From: Paraspadella gotoi
Lineage: Eukaryota > Animalia > Chaetognatha
Direction: 5' to 3'
DNA length: 64,000 nucleotides
NCBI GenBank assembly: GCA_051294375.1
Contig: CM119265.1
Span: 17,015,172-17,079,171, forward strand
Made by a program: the position numbers and the translations under genes
The notes under the pieces: generated by a model
What the model saw: the letters and a program-made list of their open reading frames with translations, nothing else
Told to the model about the DNA's origin: nothing
The model's database searches: none
Part shown: in pieces, positions 37,001 to 52,037 of the stretch
Layout: each line of letters opens with the position of its first letter
Position numbering within the stretch: the stretch's first letter is position 1

Positions 37001-40000
37001 AAGTCTTAATCAAAAATAATTTTATTAAGTTATCAAAAAATTCAAAAAAACTATATTTTTTATACTAAAGTTTAATTATAGGTTAATAATAATAGTTTTT
37101 TATGATTTTGACCTACTTAATGAAATAATTTTCTAAAAAGATTTATATTTCCTTCTATCAACTTTTTGTGAGGAATTCGAATCTGCTTTTAAAAATAAGA
37201 AAATATTTTAAAATTTGACATTTTCTATTTTTTATTTAAAAATGTTTACAGGTACAAGCCTTTTCGTGATCTACTATTCAAAGTTTGATTCTACTTGATT
37301 TTAATATTTTTGCTACGCTTTACTTAAGAAATATAAATACGTAAATTTATAACTTAAAAACAATTAAAAAAACCACGTTTTTGCCAACCTAGTGAACAGC
37401 AGTTCAAGTCAGATTTGGCATAATTTGGGAAAAGTGGAAGTAAAACGATGAACCATGCTTAATTATTGAAAATTTATCAATTTTAGTTCTAAAATGTTTT
37501 TTAATATGTTTAAAACATGCACCTGATGCTACTAAAAACATTTAAAAATTCGCCTCAATAGTTTCATTTATATAGTCATTAGAATTCTATATTCGATCAG
37601 GTAGTTTGGTGGGAACAGATTCTGGTCACAAAAAAGGGGCATCTCATTTTATAATATGAAGCCTTCTGTAATCAATAGTCATAGTTTCTGCTTTCTACCT
37701 TAAGCTAAAAAGTTTGATTTTGAAGCTAGTGCGTGTCTTGTAGACTATTGAGAATATCGACTCGATATTATCGAGATTTGCACCTTATTTTATATTTATT
37801 TATAAACGGAACCGAAACATGTCCGTTTATAAATAAATAAACTCATTGCTACGTCACAATTTAAACTTTTTCCTTATATCCCAAACGCAACGAAAAGAAA
37901 GGAAATTATTACAATGGCATAAAAATATAATAATAATAATAATATGGCATAATTATAGGGAATCGAAAACGGATACTGAATTGACTTCTGACGAGGAAAA
38001 TGATATTCAACGCAAGGATGCCTCACGAAGACAACGCTCAATATCTGGATCATCCCTGAAGGTTTTGTCTTAATTTTAAGAGGCAGCCATCATTAGAATT
38101 ATAACTAACTCAAGTGTCCAATATCCTTATTAGCCCTATCAAGTAAATGAATCCCCCAAAAAAGAAAGGCGGCTTCCTGATGGACATGGACTGAAAAAAC
38201 TATTTGGAAAATTAAAGCGTAGTGCCTCAACCCATTTGCATAAAGAAAGCAAACAACCAAGCTTGTTTGAACAGGTAAGCTTTAATTTTAACACCTTTTT
38301 TACTATTTCCCCCTTCAAGTATCCCGCCAGCCTTTTTTAAAATACAATTTTGTTATGAATAATAAACGACTATTACGATAGTAAATTACAATATTTTTTT
38401 TTAAAAATTCGATTATAATTGCAACATTACAATCGCTCTTTATCAGAGTTACTCAAAATCGTTAAGCTTCAACCGAACAACTCCGTTGCGAAGTACTGCA
38501 GTCGCCAGACTGAATTGGTCAAAAGACCTACAAAAACGAAACCCAAATGCCGAGTCTGAACAAATGGATCAAGAAAAACCAAGATTAGATACCGAAGGCT
38601 CTGGTATGTAACAATGGTGAAAAATTTAGGAATTTATAATGAAATAATCAAAATTTTAGATTTAAGATTGTTTTGAACTGGAATCAACATATGAAGTAAT
38701 GATGCATATAACAACGAAGAAAATTATAATAAATAATTTACTTATTAATAATTTAAAAGAAATGAATCTTAACATTATGGTACATCACTGAGCCCCCCAA
38801 ATTGTAAAAAAATTTATGACATTTTATTGAATTAATCTTTAAAGGATTTGATTATACTGGAATTCCGTTTTCTCGCTGGGATAACGAACAAGTTGTATGT
38901 TGGCTTCATGATATCGGACTCAATCAATATGTTAGTAATTGTAAAGGTTGGATTAGAAATGGAGAGACGCTCTTAAACGCTTCAAACAAAAATCTTGAAC
39001 ATGATCTGGGAATAAAAAATCCTCTCCATAGGTAATTTTTTTAAATTTTTGATAATAATAATAATGACAATAATTTAATAAAGTATTTGATAGGTTTAAA
39101 TTATTGCTGAAGTAGTGTATGATATTACAATAAAATTTTTAATAAATTATTTATCAACGCATATTTTAAAAGCAAAAAATGTCACAACGAAAGAAAGGAT
39201 TTTACATGAAGCAAAAATTAATATAATATCATAAAAGTTTTAACCAAGAATTTTCATTTTCTATATGAAGCCCAGCTACGTAATATCATATTGTTAAAAT
39301 ACTTTTAGGATATAGAAACCGTTTTATTTAGGTAGTAATTATCTCATGGCATCCAAGCTAACCTTATTTTTTCCTCATTCTTTCGATTAAGCGTCATCGC
39401 ATACATTAAGAAAACCTTATATTAAATAAACATCGAAATAAAGTTTTGCTTGATCGCTGAAAAAAACCGATTCTCTGACAGAGGTTTAAAAAAATGTCAA
39501 TACTTATTAATTATTAATATAGAATATACCTTTATTGATTTTTCAGAAAGAAACTGCTTTTAGCATTACAAGCAATGAATATTGGAGGAGGAAATTCTGT
39601 TATTGATGATCCATCTGGTAGGCTAGATTTTAATTGGGTTATGCGTTGGTTGGACGACTTGGGGTTGCCCCAATATAAAGTAAGTAACATTAAATTATAC
39701 TTTTTTCTTCAAATTGTTGCTTAAAATAGGTTTTACTCATAACAACAGGGTAGTTACATTCTTGAGTGGGTAAAATAATTTTTAATACCATGTTCTCACT
39801 TTTAAAAAAATATTGAATTTTATTTTTTTTCATTCCTGAATATCGTCCCCATCTTTCTTTTCAATTAATATTCATTTTTTTCATTTTTTTATTTCCAATG
39901 TAATTTTTTCTTATTATTTTTATCTTTTTAAATTTTTTTTTTTTTTAATTTTTTATATTATTTCATCTTAATTTTGTCTCAAACTAATTTTTTTAACCAT

Positions 40001-42153
40001 ATTTAGGTGTTAAATTCCATTACAAGTTTTTGTATATTTTTGATTGCAAACAATTTTATTTACTATAACATTAATAGTATAATAATTTGTTTGCCTAATT
40101 ATCAATATGAGGTATATGAGGTAACACAGAATACTTACTTTACAGGTATTCCGTTTTACCCCAATTTAATTGTAGCTCTGTATTATGTAAAAAATAATTG
40201 AATTATTTTTTCAAAATAATCTATTCAATAAATTAGTGGTCTCGTCCATCATATATTAATATTCCATAATCATACGTCAACTATGAGGCTTGAAAACGAC
40301 TACTCAAAAATGAAATTTGGCTAGCAACTTTGAAATTGCTGCTAAAACTGCTGCAGCATCAGCGGAATGCTGTAACTTTAGTAATGGAAAGTCAAGTTGG
40401 TGAAATATTTAATGCACCAAAAAAAAATATAAAATATCATAAAACAATTTTCTTATTTCATTTTATATGTTCCGAATTACCCCGCACTACCCTATTCAAA
40501 TCAATGTGAAACATGTAAATTTACTATTTCCGTAAAAAATTAAAAGCTTTGTAAAACGTATATTTTTTAGAAAACTTGGTATTACATATCTTTAAATTAT
40601 ACAAAGTAAAATTTTTCTATTATAAATCATCATTTGAAAAAACAAAATCTTACGAAGCAAATAATTATAAATATTTAAATCTTACAATTTTTTAGATTAT
40701 ATCAAAATAAAACTAATGAAAGGAATTGTTGTAAAAAAAAATTACATTACTAATTTTTAAATTATAATTATTTAAAATCAGGATAATTTTCATGACGCAC
40801 GAATTGATGGGCGAATGTTGAATTATCTTACTGTGGAAGACTTGCTTCATTTAAAAGTCTCAAACGCATTGCACCTAATATCCCTTAAAAGAGGAATTCA
40901 GGTAATGATAGAATCTTAAAAAATATTCAGAACTATGATAACCATTTTGACAGTAAATTTCAATTTGCATACTATTATTATATGCTTATTAAAAATATTT
41001 CTTGGCAAAAGCTCAATCTACTCATCCAAGTAGAGCCTCAAACTTCTCGGTCTTTTTGGCCTTCGGAGAGTGATTTTCTAATAACATTTATTTCCCCAAT
41101 TTTGATTTTAAAATAATTTTAGGTCTTACGAGAATCTAACTTTACGCCAATTATACTTAAAAGAAGACCTGAACCTGGTGAAAGTAAGCCACCATCACCC
41201 GAAGACGTGCAGTTATGGACCAACCACAGAACAATGGAATGGCTGAGATCTTGTAATTTATCCGAATATGCTCCTAATTTAAGAGGGTCAGGAGTACATG
41301 GTGCTCTTATCATATTAGGTAAATTAAGGTTTGTTCCATACTATATGTAAATATTAACCTATTTTTGACAAGTTAATGTTATCCACCGAAACAAGTTTTT
41401 TTTAAAGAAGTAATGAAATTCCACTATTTGAATTCATCCTAATTCTTCCTAATTTTTTTCTTCTTATTTTATATTAAAAACTAAACATCGAACCGTGAAA
41501 AATACTACACAATGTACACATAGAATACGAAATTAGCTTTACTTGATATCTGTATCATTTTTTTAGAATCAAGATTCAATGCCGATGCACTAGCGAATCT
41601 GCTCAGCATTCCGTCTTCCAAAACACTACTACGACGTCATCTAACACTATGCTTCAACAACTTAGTTGGCCAAGCCAATCTATCAATTAAACGAGAGTGT
41701 GAGTCTCAGACATCTTTCAAGCCATTAACTACGACAGGTGACTATATTAAACCCCAAATTTTTTCAGATGAACACCTTATAAAGCCTGAATAAAATTAAA
41801 TAATTATTTTATTATCAGAGAAAATCAAAGCTAGAAGAAGAAGCCTGACTTTCGCTAAAAAATCGAAAGATTATCTTGATATGGACGACTTCGTTTGCCC
41901 AATGGAGTTAGGCGCATTGCATGGCGGAGGAAAGGAATTAAGACCGAATGGTAGCATCTCAAGTGGGGCACTTACAATGCCTGTGGTACAAGGTGGAGAT
42001 TTTGATCAAGAAAAAACTGCGAAACAAATTAACGTTTTTTCACGTGAAATTAGTACATTAACAAATTCTTTGTTGAAGTCCAACAATGGACAAATGAATC
42101 CTGTATCTGATGACGAGATATTCAGCGAGTCCTCCCCTTCGACAATTGTTTAG
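34017..42153 (+). CDS. PPFIBP1: Liprin-beta (N-terminal coiled coil, three SAM domains), ~14 exons
   Basis: SEASDLLSAALEQMDGILA, LQRDNESLSLQVSILSDQLESQIEKIKELE, PFSRWDNEQVVCWL, LGIKNPLHRKKL, WVMRWLDDLGLPQYK, WTNHRTMEWLRS..LSEYAPNLRGSGVHG, IPSSKTLLRRHL. Confidence 0.92.
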
Positions 42154-44769
42154 ATTGAAATTAGACACAATCTTCCCCAAAGTCATTTTGTTGCAAAATA
42201 ACTTACACTGCCATTGAACCATTATTGTAAGTTGACCTTCCATATTATTAAAAAAAACTTTTCATTTTTATTTTTTATGAGCTTTATCATTTGGCTGAAG
42301 TTTAATGCGTTTAGTACCATTTTACAAAAAAAAAAACAAAAAAAAAACATTCGACTTTTTCTTCTTCACGAAAAAAGTTAAGTTTACTTAACGCTCCGGA
42401 TAAACTAGCTACAGAGTGTCTCAAGCGTACTGTCACTTTACAAATGAATACAGTGAATCAGTACAGTTATAAAAATACATTTACTCGAGTTCTTAGTTTT
42501 CTAAGATGTATTTATTTTTAAAATTAAACGGTTATATCATATGTTATCAGCACTTAAAGTAAATGTCGAAAATATTTTTTATGAACTTTGAAATATTCAA
42601 AACTTTCTAAATACCCAAAGGATTCTTTACAGCTACTTGGTTACACAATAATAAGTCGCCACGGTATAATGATGGTTACAGGCCTTTCCTGAAAGAATTT
42701 TTACTATATTCCTTCCAGATTTAAGGGTATTTGATGGGTTTTAATCTAAAAAGTGTTACGGATATGCAATTGGTTTGACAAAGCCAATTATATTGGTAAT
42801 GCATGTAACCCGCAGTCTTCTGTAAAATAGTTTTAGTAGTAAAATATACTATGTGCATCTAACGTCATATGTTGAATCGTAACAAACTAAATTTAACGTT
42901 TTACAGTTTCCTCAAGGTAAACTTAATAAGCTTCCATGAAAGTTTTTTTTTTTTCACCATCATTCTTAGCATCTAATCTACGAAATACGAAAATCTTAGG
43001 CAAGGGCAATTTTCAATTTCATAATGGCCTTTTATGACTTTTTATGATTCGAGTGAGGTTTTCAAGTCACCTTGCATAGGCAAAGAACGTTCCATAACAT
43101 TATAAACAAATTTCATAATACTTTAAACGTCATCACAAGCACAGGGAGTATATTAATATACTACGTAAATTTTCGCTTATAGAATTACTGTGCTAAGTGA
43201 AAAAAAAACCTTTTTTGCGGGATGCGAATTAAATGAAGATTGGGGTCCTTTATTAAAACTGATGCTTGGAATTTTGGGGGCAACCTATTATGGGTTTTTT
43301 TCTTTTTACTTTTAATAGTCAAATTTCTCTTTCTGGTTTATTTCTAATTGACCTTAAGTTGGCCATTGTCTCTCTTTCTCTCTTCTACTTATTTGTTGAT
43401 TGTTATTTTTCACTTTTTTTTGTTATTGCTTTACCACTGATAATGGCATAAAAATATATGCCTAAATATTTCGAAAAAAAAGTAATTCAAGCAAAAATTT
43501 ACATATGGTCTTAAATTTAATAATTTCTTTTTTCTTACTAATAGCTGATAAGTGATGTTTTTACTAATGCTAAATACGAAGTACGCAGCTATTCAAAAAT
43601 TTGTGCAACTCTTTTTAAGGTGATGTTCATTTAAACTAAACATCTTTAACAGATCAACTTTATTTTCCTAATTTTCTATTTATAATTTGAATATTAAAAG
43701 AATAATTTGTATCATAACAATAAAACTTTAATGGAACTAAAATTCTGTTAGCAATTTAATACAAAAAAACAAAAATTATTTTGAAAATAGCAATCCTTGA
43801 TTCATGGTTTGTATATTTTTGACTGATCATAACAATAACGGGTCTGCGAACATCGGAATAACAATGTGACGTTAAAAAATGTTTTAATGCTTGTTATTTC
43901 GGGTTCAAATAGTTTTTAATGAGGTTTTTGTGAACTATCTATAACAGGGTTGGCAGTCTGGAACATTTTTATTTTGTTTTTAAGTCCGATGAAACAAATG
44001 GCTTGAATAAATACTATCTACAAATGTCACAGAAGGAAAGGCCACAAAGCCCTCATAAGGAGCTACCCCCCTTTTTAACTAACAATTGATTTGTCACAAA
44101 CCCTTTAGATTTTTATCATAAGGCAACATTAAACAAGGCATTCTTGTGAAAAGTGAAATACCATAAAAAGACAACCAACACAAAATAATTTTTAAGACGA
44201 GATGTTTTTCTCTTCCTAATCAAGGCAAATAAGTTACATGAAAAAGGCTATGGGTAACATAAGAAATGCAACGGGTGGCACGAGAAAACGAGTATGTAGT
44301 AAGCAAGCTCGTAGTGATCGTACATTTCAGTTTGCATTTATTTTTCCAGTCATATTTTCCATAAAAGAGGTTTATCAATTTTTAGGACTATTCTTAATAT
44401 TTCTGCTCACTTAGTGGGAATTTTGTATTTTTCGTATAATAAGCTGTCATCGAATTAATTTTTCACTTTAAAGCACTAACGATCATGGTTGTATCACATT
44501 ACGTTAAAAGTAACATTTAAAAGTATTTCCCTCCAACATATAATTTTATACCTCCAAAACCTTTTTCCGAGTGCAATAAATACCATTAAAAAACGAAAAA
44601 AAAAAAAACCACGAAAAACCAGCCCAAAAATAACCCTTCTTAAAAATTCAACATAAATTCCTTAAACAAAAACCTAAGTATATAAGAAGCCAAAAGGAAA
44701 AAAATAACCGAATGCATATTTAAGCATTCAAATAATTAAAAAGAGTTAAGTGACATAATACAATGAAAA

Positions 44770-47382
44770 TCAAGTACCGTTTTGATGATGCCCTCTTGGT
44801 GACCTTCCTAAAGATAAAGAGCCAGCTGATGGAGCGCGTGAGTGTTGATGACTTCTCGGCGGTAAACCACCAATAGATGCCCTTCTGTCCGTCGAAAAAC
44901 CCCTTGGGGTTGATGTACCAGCTCTTTCTGTCGCTGAACCAACAGGAGCCGTTGCAGAGGCTAAGCTGGCCGCACTTTGAACTCCAGCGCGTATAAGAGT
45001 CATGGACTGGATGATTTGTTGTAACGTTCCACGAATCTGAATAGGCGTTTCCTCAAGTCCCTCTGTAACTTTAGGGTCAGGACATCTTAATGTTGCCCCA
45101 GTTCTTGCCTCAACAGTTTTCAGTTTTACTTTCCCTCGTCCTAAAACCTTTCCAACCAGATATGTTGGGATGGGATATTCCAAAGCCAAGTAGGGCTCGT
45201 CATTTCCAAAGAACTTCTCTTCAAATAACTTATTAAAAATCTGGCTAAGAGCTTTACATTGAGCTTCAAAATTTCCGTGTATGGTTACTCTTCGTTCAGA
45301 TCCACCCCGATCAAGACCTAAAAGCCCCTCCGCGCCTTCCATACTCCCAGAGGAGGCGCTAGTGGTATCGGAGACAGAAGCAATCTTTATACTAGCATTG
45401 CTGTGGCGACTGACTTGTCGTATATGATCTCCTTTTTTTCCTATAAGAATAAAAATCATTAAAATTAATTCGCATAAACTAATTCTACTTCTTAACTAAT
45501 TTACCAATCATTGCACCAACTGAAGATGCCGGAATATAAAGATGCGTTGTCTCTGGTTGCTGAGTTGTGTGATGCAGAGAGCCGGAGGGTAACAGAGGGG
45601 CCGCAACTGGAGTGGACGGAGCACCGGGAGTACTCGATGGTAGGCCCCCCGGTGAGGGGGAAGGCAATGAACCACCCTTAAAGAATAAAAATTTATAATG
45701 GTGTTCTGGTTGAAACAAGCGAAAACTTAGATCATCTAATTAAAAAGTCGGCCACAGAGCATAATTTTGGATACTTATGATATATAAAAAGTAATAATTT
45801 CAATACCGAATCTTAAAATTAATTTATCGGAAATATAAACTACCATATATCCTTATTGGCTATAAAGGATTTTATAGCTTTACTTATTATTGTTTCACTC
45901 CATATCCCTTTTTAGCTTAATTAATTGCAAAATTGAACTAATAACTATTTCTGTTACTCATAATTTAGCATTACATGTACGGCTGTTAATCTTCTGATAA
46001 ACAACCACATAGTAAACAAGCTTTGTGCCTATTTTTAATAATGACCTTTTAATATAACAATACTTTAAAATTTATAAAAAAATCATTTATATCAAGTGAT
46101 GTAAAAAGAATACTATATTTCTAAAAATTACACATACACTGAAACGGATTGACAGATTTGGTTGTAGAAAAGTGATAAAAAAAAAAACAGATCAAACAAG
46201 AAATTTGTTTCAAAATATATTTTTAACTATTTTAAAACTACTCGTAATTTCGAAATGAAAAAAAAAAACTGAATGGATCTCATAGCATAAATTTATTTTT
46301 CTACTGCTAAAGGATCTATTTTAGGAATTTCATGCAGAAAACTACTCCAGTGCTAAGCTTTTAAATTATGCAATTATGAAAAAACGGCCGCACTACGAAA
46401 TCTTAACTAAACTTGACGATTTCATATGAAATTGTTGAATTTAAAAAGTTAAATTTCGAACAAAATAATTTTAAATATAATGTGACAAATCGGTGCTTGT
46501 ACTCTAATAATTTATTAAAAAAAAAAACATTTAGAAACACATGAGAACTTACCAAAACACTGTAGGGTGACCGTGGTGTTCCTGGCGTGCTGCTTTGAAA
46601 GCCCATGGGTTGTACGGCAGAGGGATGACCGTAACTGGAGTGACCACCCGATAAAGGAGCGGCTCCACCCGTCGGCGTCATCATTCCTCCGACACTGACA
46701 CCCACTGGACTCGTGAAGTCCTGCTCGCAGCTTTGCCGCAAAATCTCATATATTCGTATTTGAGCAGTAGACATTTCGTCGATGGTTCCGTAAACGGTGA
46801 TCGTTCGATCCAAACTGTACGTGTTCATGTCGTAAATACTGGACACGGAGATCCGCGTGTTCGTTTTTTCTTTGATGTCGTTTATTACACGTCCGTTTTT
46901 TCCGATGATTCGACCGATAAAGTTGTTGTGAGCTAAGACTTTCAGGCACATTTCTGGTTTGTTAAGTTTCTCGCCCTCGTCCTTCATGACCTCGAGGATT
47001 TTTCGACAAGCGATGGCAGTGCTATTTGCGTCGCGTCCGTATATCGCGATGATTTTTTCAGCCGCAGCGTCCTTCCTGTTAATAAAAAATATGCGCAAAT
47101 GAGGGCTAATGTTACTTTAAAGAAAAAATGGAATTGATATTACTCTCCCTCTCCACAAAAAATTATAAATACGTAAATTAACCACCTGTGAACGTCTATA
47201 CGGGCTTTGCTGTCGTTGGTTATTTGTCGAATGGTATTTCCGGCGCGTCCAATAATGGCGCCAATCATGTCGCTGGGAACGAGAATGCGGAGGGGAAGTT
47301 CGGAGGTAGACAGGGTGGTAGGCGCCGCGGGAAGACCGCCCACGGCGCCAACCAAGGCGCCTTCTCCAGGGAGAGTCTCCAT
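44770..47382 (-). CDS. IGF2BP: IGF2BP/Imp family RNA-binding protein, four KH domains; exons 47382-47186, 47075-46553, 45676-45505, ~45441-44770
   Basis: PLRILVPSDMIGAIIGRAGNTIRQIT..SKARIDVHRK, LKVLAHNNFIGRIIGKNG, LYIP..VGAMIGKKGDHIR, ERRVTIHG..EAQCKA. No RRMs seen. Confidence 0.9.
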
Positions 47383-48019
47383 CAGTCAAGACGATGGTGC
47401 CGGCAAGGGCCCTTCTTCTCCATCGAGGCTCTTGATGAAAATGAAAATGGAAAAAACTAAAATCGAAAAATGAGGGAGCGCTGCGATGTTTGTACGAGAT
47501 CCCAAGTATCATAACCCTTTCGGTCCCAAAAACGAGTTCCTAGCCGGCGGCATTTAAACGCCAAGAAAGTTCTTTAATCTTGCCATTTGCTTTGTTCATA
47601 AACAAATTTCGACATGAAAATGTAGTTATATAAAACATGAAATAGTAAATACTAACCTTTCATCTCGAAGAATATGTTTATTTATACTAATATTCAGAGA
47701 AAAACGAAAATTTTAAGAGATGTCACATTGGTTAAAAGTCTGAAAAAGGGCTAACAAGGAAAACTGGGTTAAGAGTCAATAGTGAATAGGCCTTGCTGAG
47801 AGGGTACACCGAAAGAAAAAAAGAACTGAGCGGCAGCAGCCTACTACCTTACTACAACCTCTCCCGTTGTCACAGGGTCGAAAATGCTGCCACTGCCGCG
47901 GCTGATAGAATGGAAAGGGAATAAAAACGATGTTCACTTGTTGAATAAACTAAATTAGTTTCCTATATGAATATATAATAAAGATGGTGAAATAACTTAA
48001 AATATGTACCATGATCCCA

Positions 48020-48360
48020 TCCTTCTGTACCTGCCGGATTCGCGCATTTTCGAGCGGTGAGGAAGGCGAACGCGACCTCCGATTCTTGTCGCAAAGGCGA
48101 AAAAAGTAGATTCGCGGGAGGCGAGGGTCCGAAGAAAAAAGTAGTGCCGAAATAATTTGAAAAAAAATCCCCGAATATTTCTCAAAAAACCGCGAAAATA
48201 GGCGAAAATGTTTTTTCGTCCGAGATTCGACGCGAGAGAATGGAGACGGAATCGATTTTGTGAGCGGTATACGCGAAAGGCACCGCGAGCCAAGCGCAAG
48301 AATATCAGAGTGTCCCCTCCGGAAGTATTGACCTACTTGTTGTGGGCTCGACGGCGTGAT
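48020..48360 (-). promoter_or_regulatory. CpG-rich island, likely IGF2BP promoter or non-coding first exon
   Basis: CGCG-rich patch upstream of the CDS, with minus-strand donor-like sites near 48025 and 47656. Confidence 0.45.
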
Positions 48361-51300
48361 TGTTTTGCGATCATAAACCTTATCCTTGCGTTTTTTCCCT
48401 CTTTTTATTCATTTTTTCCGCTTTCTTGAGCAAGAACATTAACCTCTACCTTGCGACAATGACTGCCTATCAAATAACACACGCTGGACAAGCAATAACC
48501 TCGCTTATATGGTTAATGCCCATCTTTTTGATGTTGATGAGAGTATGCGAGTATATCGGGAGGGCTTTTTTTTATCCGGCCAACGGGATGAACGCCAGCG
48601 TCTCCCCCAGACTATTCACGGACCGTTAGTTCGACTAAAAATTGGCTGCACAAAAGCTACATTTTAAAAGATATCGGTTTATAAAAAAACCAGATAGTAT
48701 TGCTGCATCCTCGTTGTTTGATCCATAGATAATTAAAATGAGTTAATTACCGTTATCAAGACTGAGTTTAAAAGTTATTAATAATACCAAGTTTAAAAGG
48801 CAGAATCAGATAATACGGTATATATGTACTATCCCATGCGAAAGGGACACAAAAAATTAATTTTAGAAATAAACGTCATCAATATTCAAAAGAATAAGGA
48901 TTTAACCCATACCTGAACTTCGAAATTAATGTCGCCATAACAGTCAAAACTATTATCAGCAAGATTAATTCAAATAAAAAGCATATACCCTTAAGGGAGT
49001 AAAGATATCAAATAAAATATTTTATTACAAATGACATGCGCAATTTATGTTGTAATTTAAGATCTGCCTTTTTCTTTTGTATTAGAAGCGGCATTTAATC
49101 ACCAGTTTGACAAAATGAATAGGATTTTCATTATAAAGGAACAAAGCATATCTCACTGGATTTTAAAGAATTCTTTTACGACAGCCACATTTAAAAAAAT
49201 ATACGGTTAATGAATAAAATAAAACAATTCAAAGTGAAGATCTACAAGTTTTGCTCTGCTCGATTTTTACTTAAACAGTAAAAAAATGATGTAACTCTAT
49301 AATTCTCTCACTATATAGGTATTAGGTATAATATAAGTTATATTCATAAGATTTTGAAAATGATAAAAAGTGACTAAAGTTTAAGAAACAATCTTATAAA
49401 TTCAAATTTATAAAGCTGTACAAAAATGTACATACATAGAAATATATTTTTTCAATGACATAAAAGACTTCGATGGTTTAAGATTATTAATATTATTAAT
49501 AATTACTACTAATATTTTTTTAAATAACTAAAAGACTACGATAAACTATGATTTTTTGGGGGGATGTGGGGTTTAATAAAACAAACACGATTTGAAAATT
49601 CTACTGAAAACGAGATCTCTTTGAAAGGGGAAAGATCGTACATTTCTAAAATAATTACGGCAAGTTTAATCCATTTCGTCTCTCTGGATTAATAAAGATT
49701 TACAGAAATCAGCAAGTTCGAGATGTTGCGCCGCAGATCGGTTAATTTCATTATCAAATATATTTTTTGGCTGGTAAATAAGTTTTAATATATATTATAA
49801 CCTCCATAAGAATGAATAAAAAAGATTCTTTCTCGACAACAAAATTATTTAATGCATACAAATACTTCCAAAAGAGGTAGTCTATTTTCACTTTTTTTTG
49901 ATCAAGAGGATTACTTACATTATTATTAATATTATATTTAATACAATTTTTTTAATATCTGAATTAAGATTTATTCCTGAATCTATCCTAATTGAGATGA
50001 TGCAATAACCATTTGACCTGAGACTGAAAAAAAAGAGAATTTTAAAAGTAATAAAAAAGAACCGGAAATTAATATAAAAAAATATAAGATAAAAAAAAAT
50101 AAAAAATAATTTTTTTTTTGAAAAATGAATTTTCTTTTGCATGGAACTCTTTCATTTTTTGTCACACATAAATGAGACACAGCTCATCTGAATCACAAGA
50201 GGCCAACGTTTCTCGATACATAAATTTTATTTTTCAATTCTTACATTTTTTTTTTATTTTTCGAATTTTACATTAAAATGCTGAAAAATAACTGGAAAGG
50301 AACTGCGAGTTTTATTTTCCATCATGGTATTGAAAAAACATGAACAAATGTCTTATGGTTTGTCACTTATCTGTAAATTAAATAAAATAAACAAGTGTAA
50401 CATGAAATAAACTACATTTACTTTCTGATCACGTGCACGCATGCCAACATTTCATTGTCACGAGACTAAACAAGTCTGAAACTTATGCACAAGATTATAT
50501 ATCTACTATAAAATTAAAATCAAATGGGGCGGGGGTTCAAAACCTTGGCCTTGAAGTCTACTTACAGGTAAGAAAAGAATTTTTAAAAAACGTTCAATTT
50601 TAATGCCTTTATTGTTGATATCAAAATTACAATATTACTATATAATTATAAATAATATTTAAATCAATCTTATTTTTTTCATTGATTCTGATAGAGAAGA
50701 AAAAGTTAAATATAAAATATAATTACAACTTTTAAAAATTTTTACGTTTTCTTAAATCAAAATTAAGAAAAACTAATAAAATTTTCGACAGATGACAATG
50801 ATAATTTTTAACGGTTTTTTCTTATTTTTCACCCTTTTATAATCAAATATCAAAAAAAGAACAACTTTTTAAAATCTACCTGAATCTGATCTTAATAAAA
50901 ATTAAAAAAATTGTCTTTCCTATCTATAAATAAATATTAAAAAATTAATATATGGGTATAGATTATGTTAAAAAATTGTTGTGTCTATTCAAATATTTTT
51001 AAAAATGTATAAATTTTCGTTTAACCAATAACCAACCTTACTTAACGTGATACCTCACTACTCTGATAAGTATATACTAAAATTACACGAATTATGCCGA
51101 GATTATGTGACTGCTTATCGTATCTTACTACCAAGTACTTAAAAAAAATAACTAAAAAAAAATAATAATATTATAACAAAAAAGTACCTCCTTAAACTCT
51201 TCTACCTTTTTTCAACCCTAAGCCTAAGATTGGGCAATAATGGTCTAGGTTCAGTTTGTTGACGGAACTAATTCTGGCCAACCAGCTGAAAACTTGGTTC

Positions 51301-52037
51301 AATCATTGACATATCTGGCTTAAAGTCCTTAAAATATTATCAAGACTTATATGGGGAAGGCACTATGATACAAACATTTAACAACAATGGCAACAAGATA
51401 TCTTTCATCAACATTTTGACATCTGTCATAAGGAATCAACAAAGGAAAAATATCAATTCAATAGCCACATCACGGTAAGTTAAAATTCATAATCATACTT
51501 CCCTATGAACAATGAACGGAGGAAGAACGGCACAAAAATTTCAACTATAACTATAAGCATCTTCTAACGAACACGGATGGAGTTCCTGATAAAACATAAG
51601 AAGCAAAATCTCCCGACTTTTAGTAATGTGATTAATTTTTTTTTAAATCTAGAAAAAGTAAAAAAAAATGCTTTTAATAATCAAATCCAACCATTCCTGA
51701 CAAAATATTACTAAAAAGGTTATATTTATATTTAATGTTTCAATTAATAAGGAAATACTTCAAAAAGCAGTTTGTTAGGAAAAGAGACAGCAAATGGAAA
51801 TACTTCACGAATATGGCCCGTAGTTTAAAAAGGAAAGTTGCCCAATTAATACCCGAATCAAAAGACTCGCTAGTATAAAGCACACATTGAAAGTGAATTG
51901 AGAAGACACTGAACAAGGTTTAATTTTTTGACTAGTTTTGGAAATATAAACTATCACATGGATTAAAAACGATCACGAGGCGGCCGGGGGAAAGGCTACG
52001 AATTAAAAATTCAAGAAAGACAAAACTTACGAGCCTG

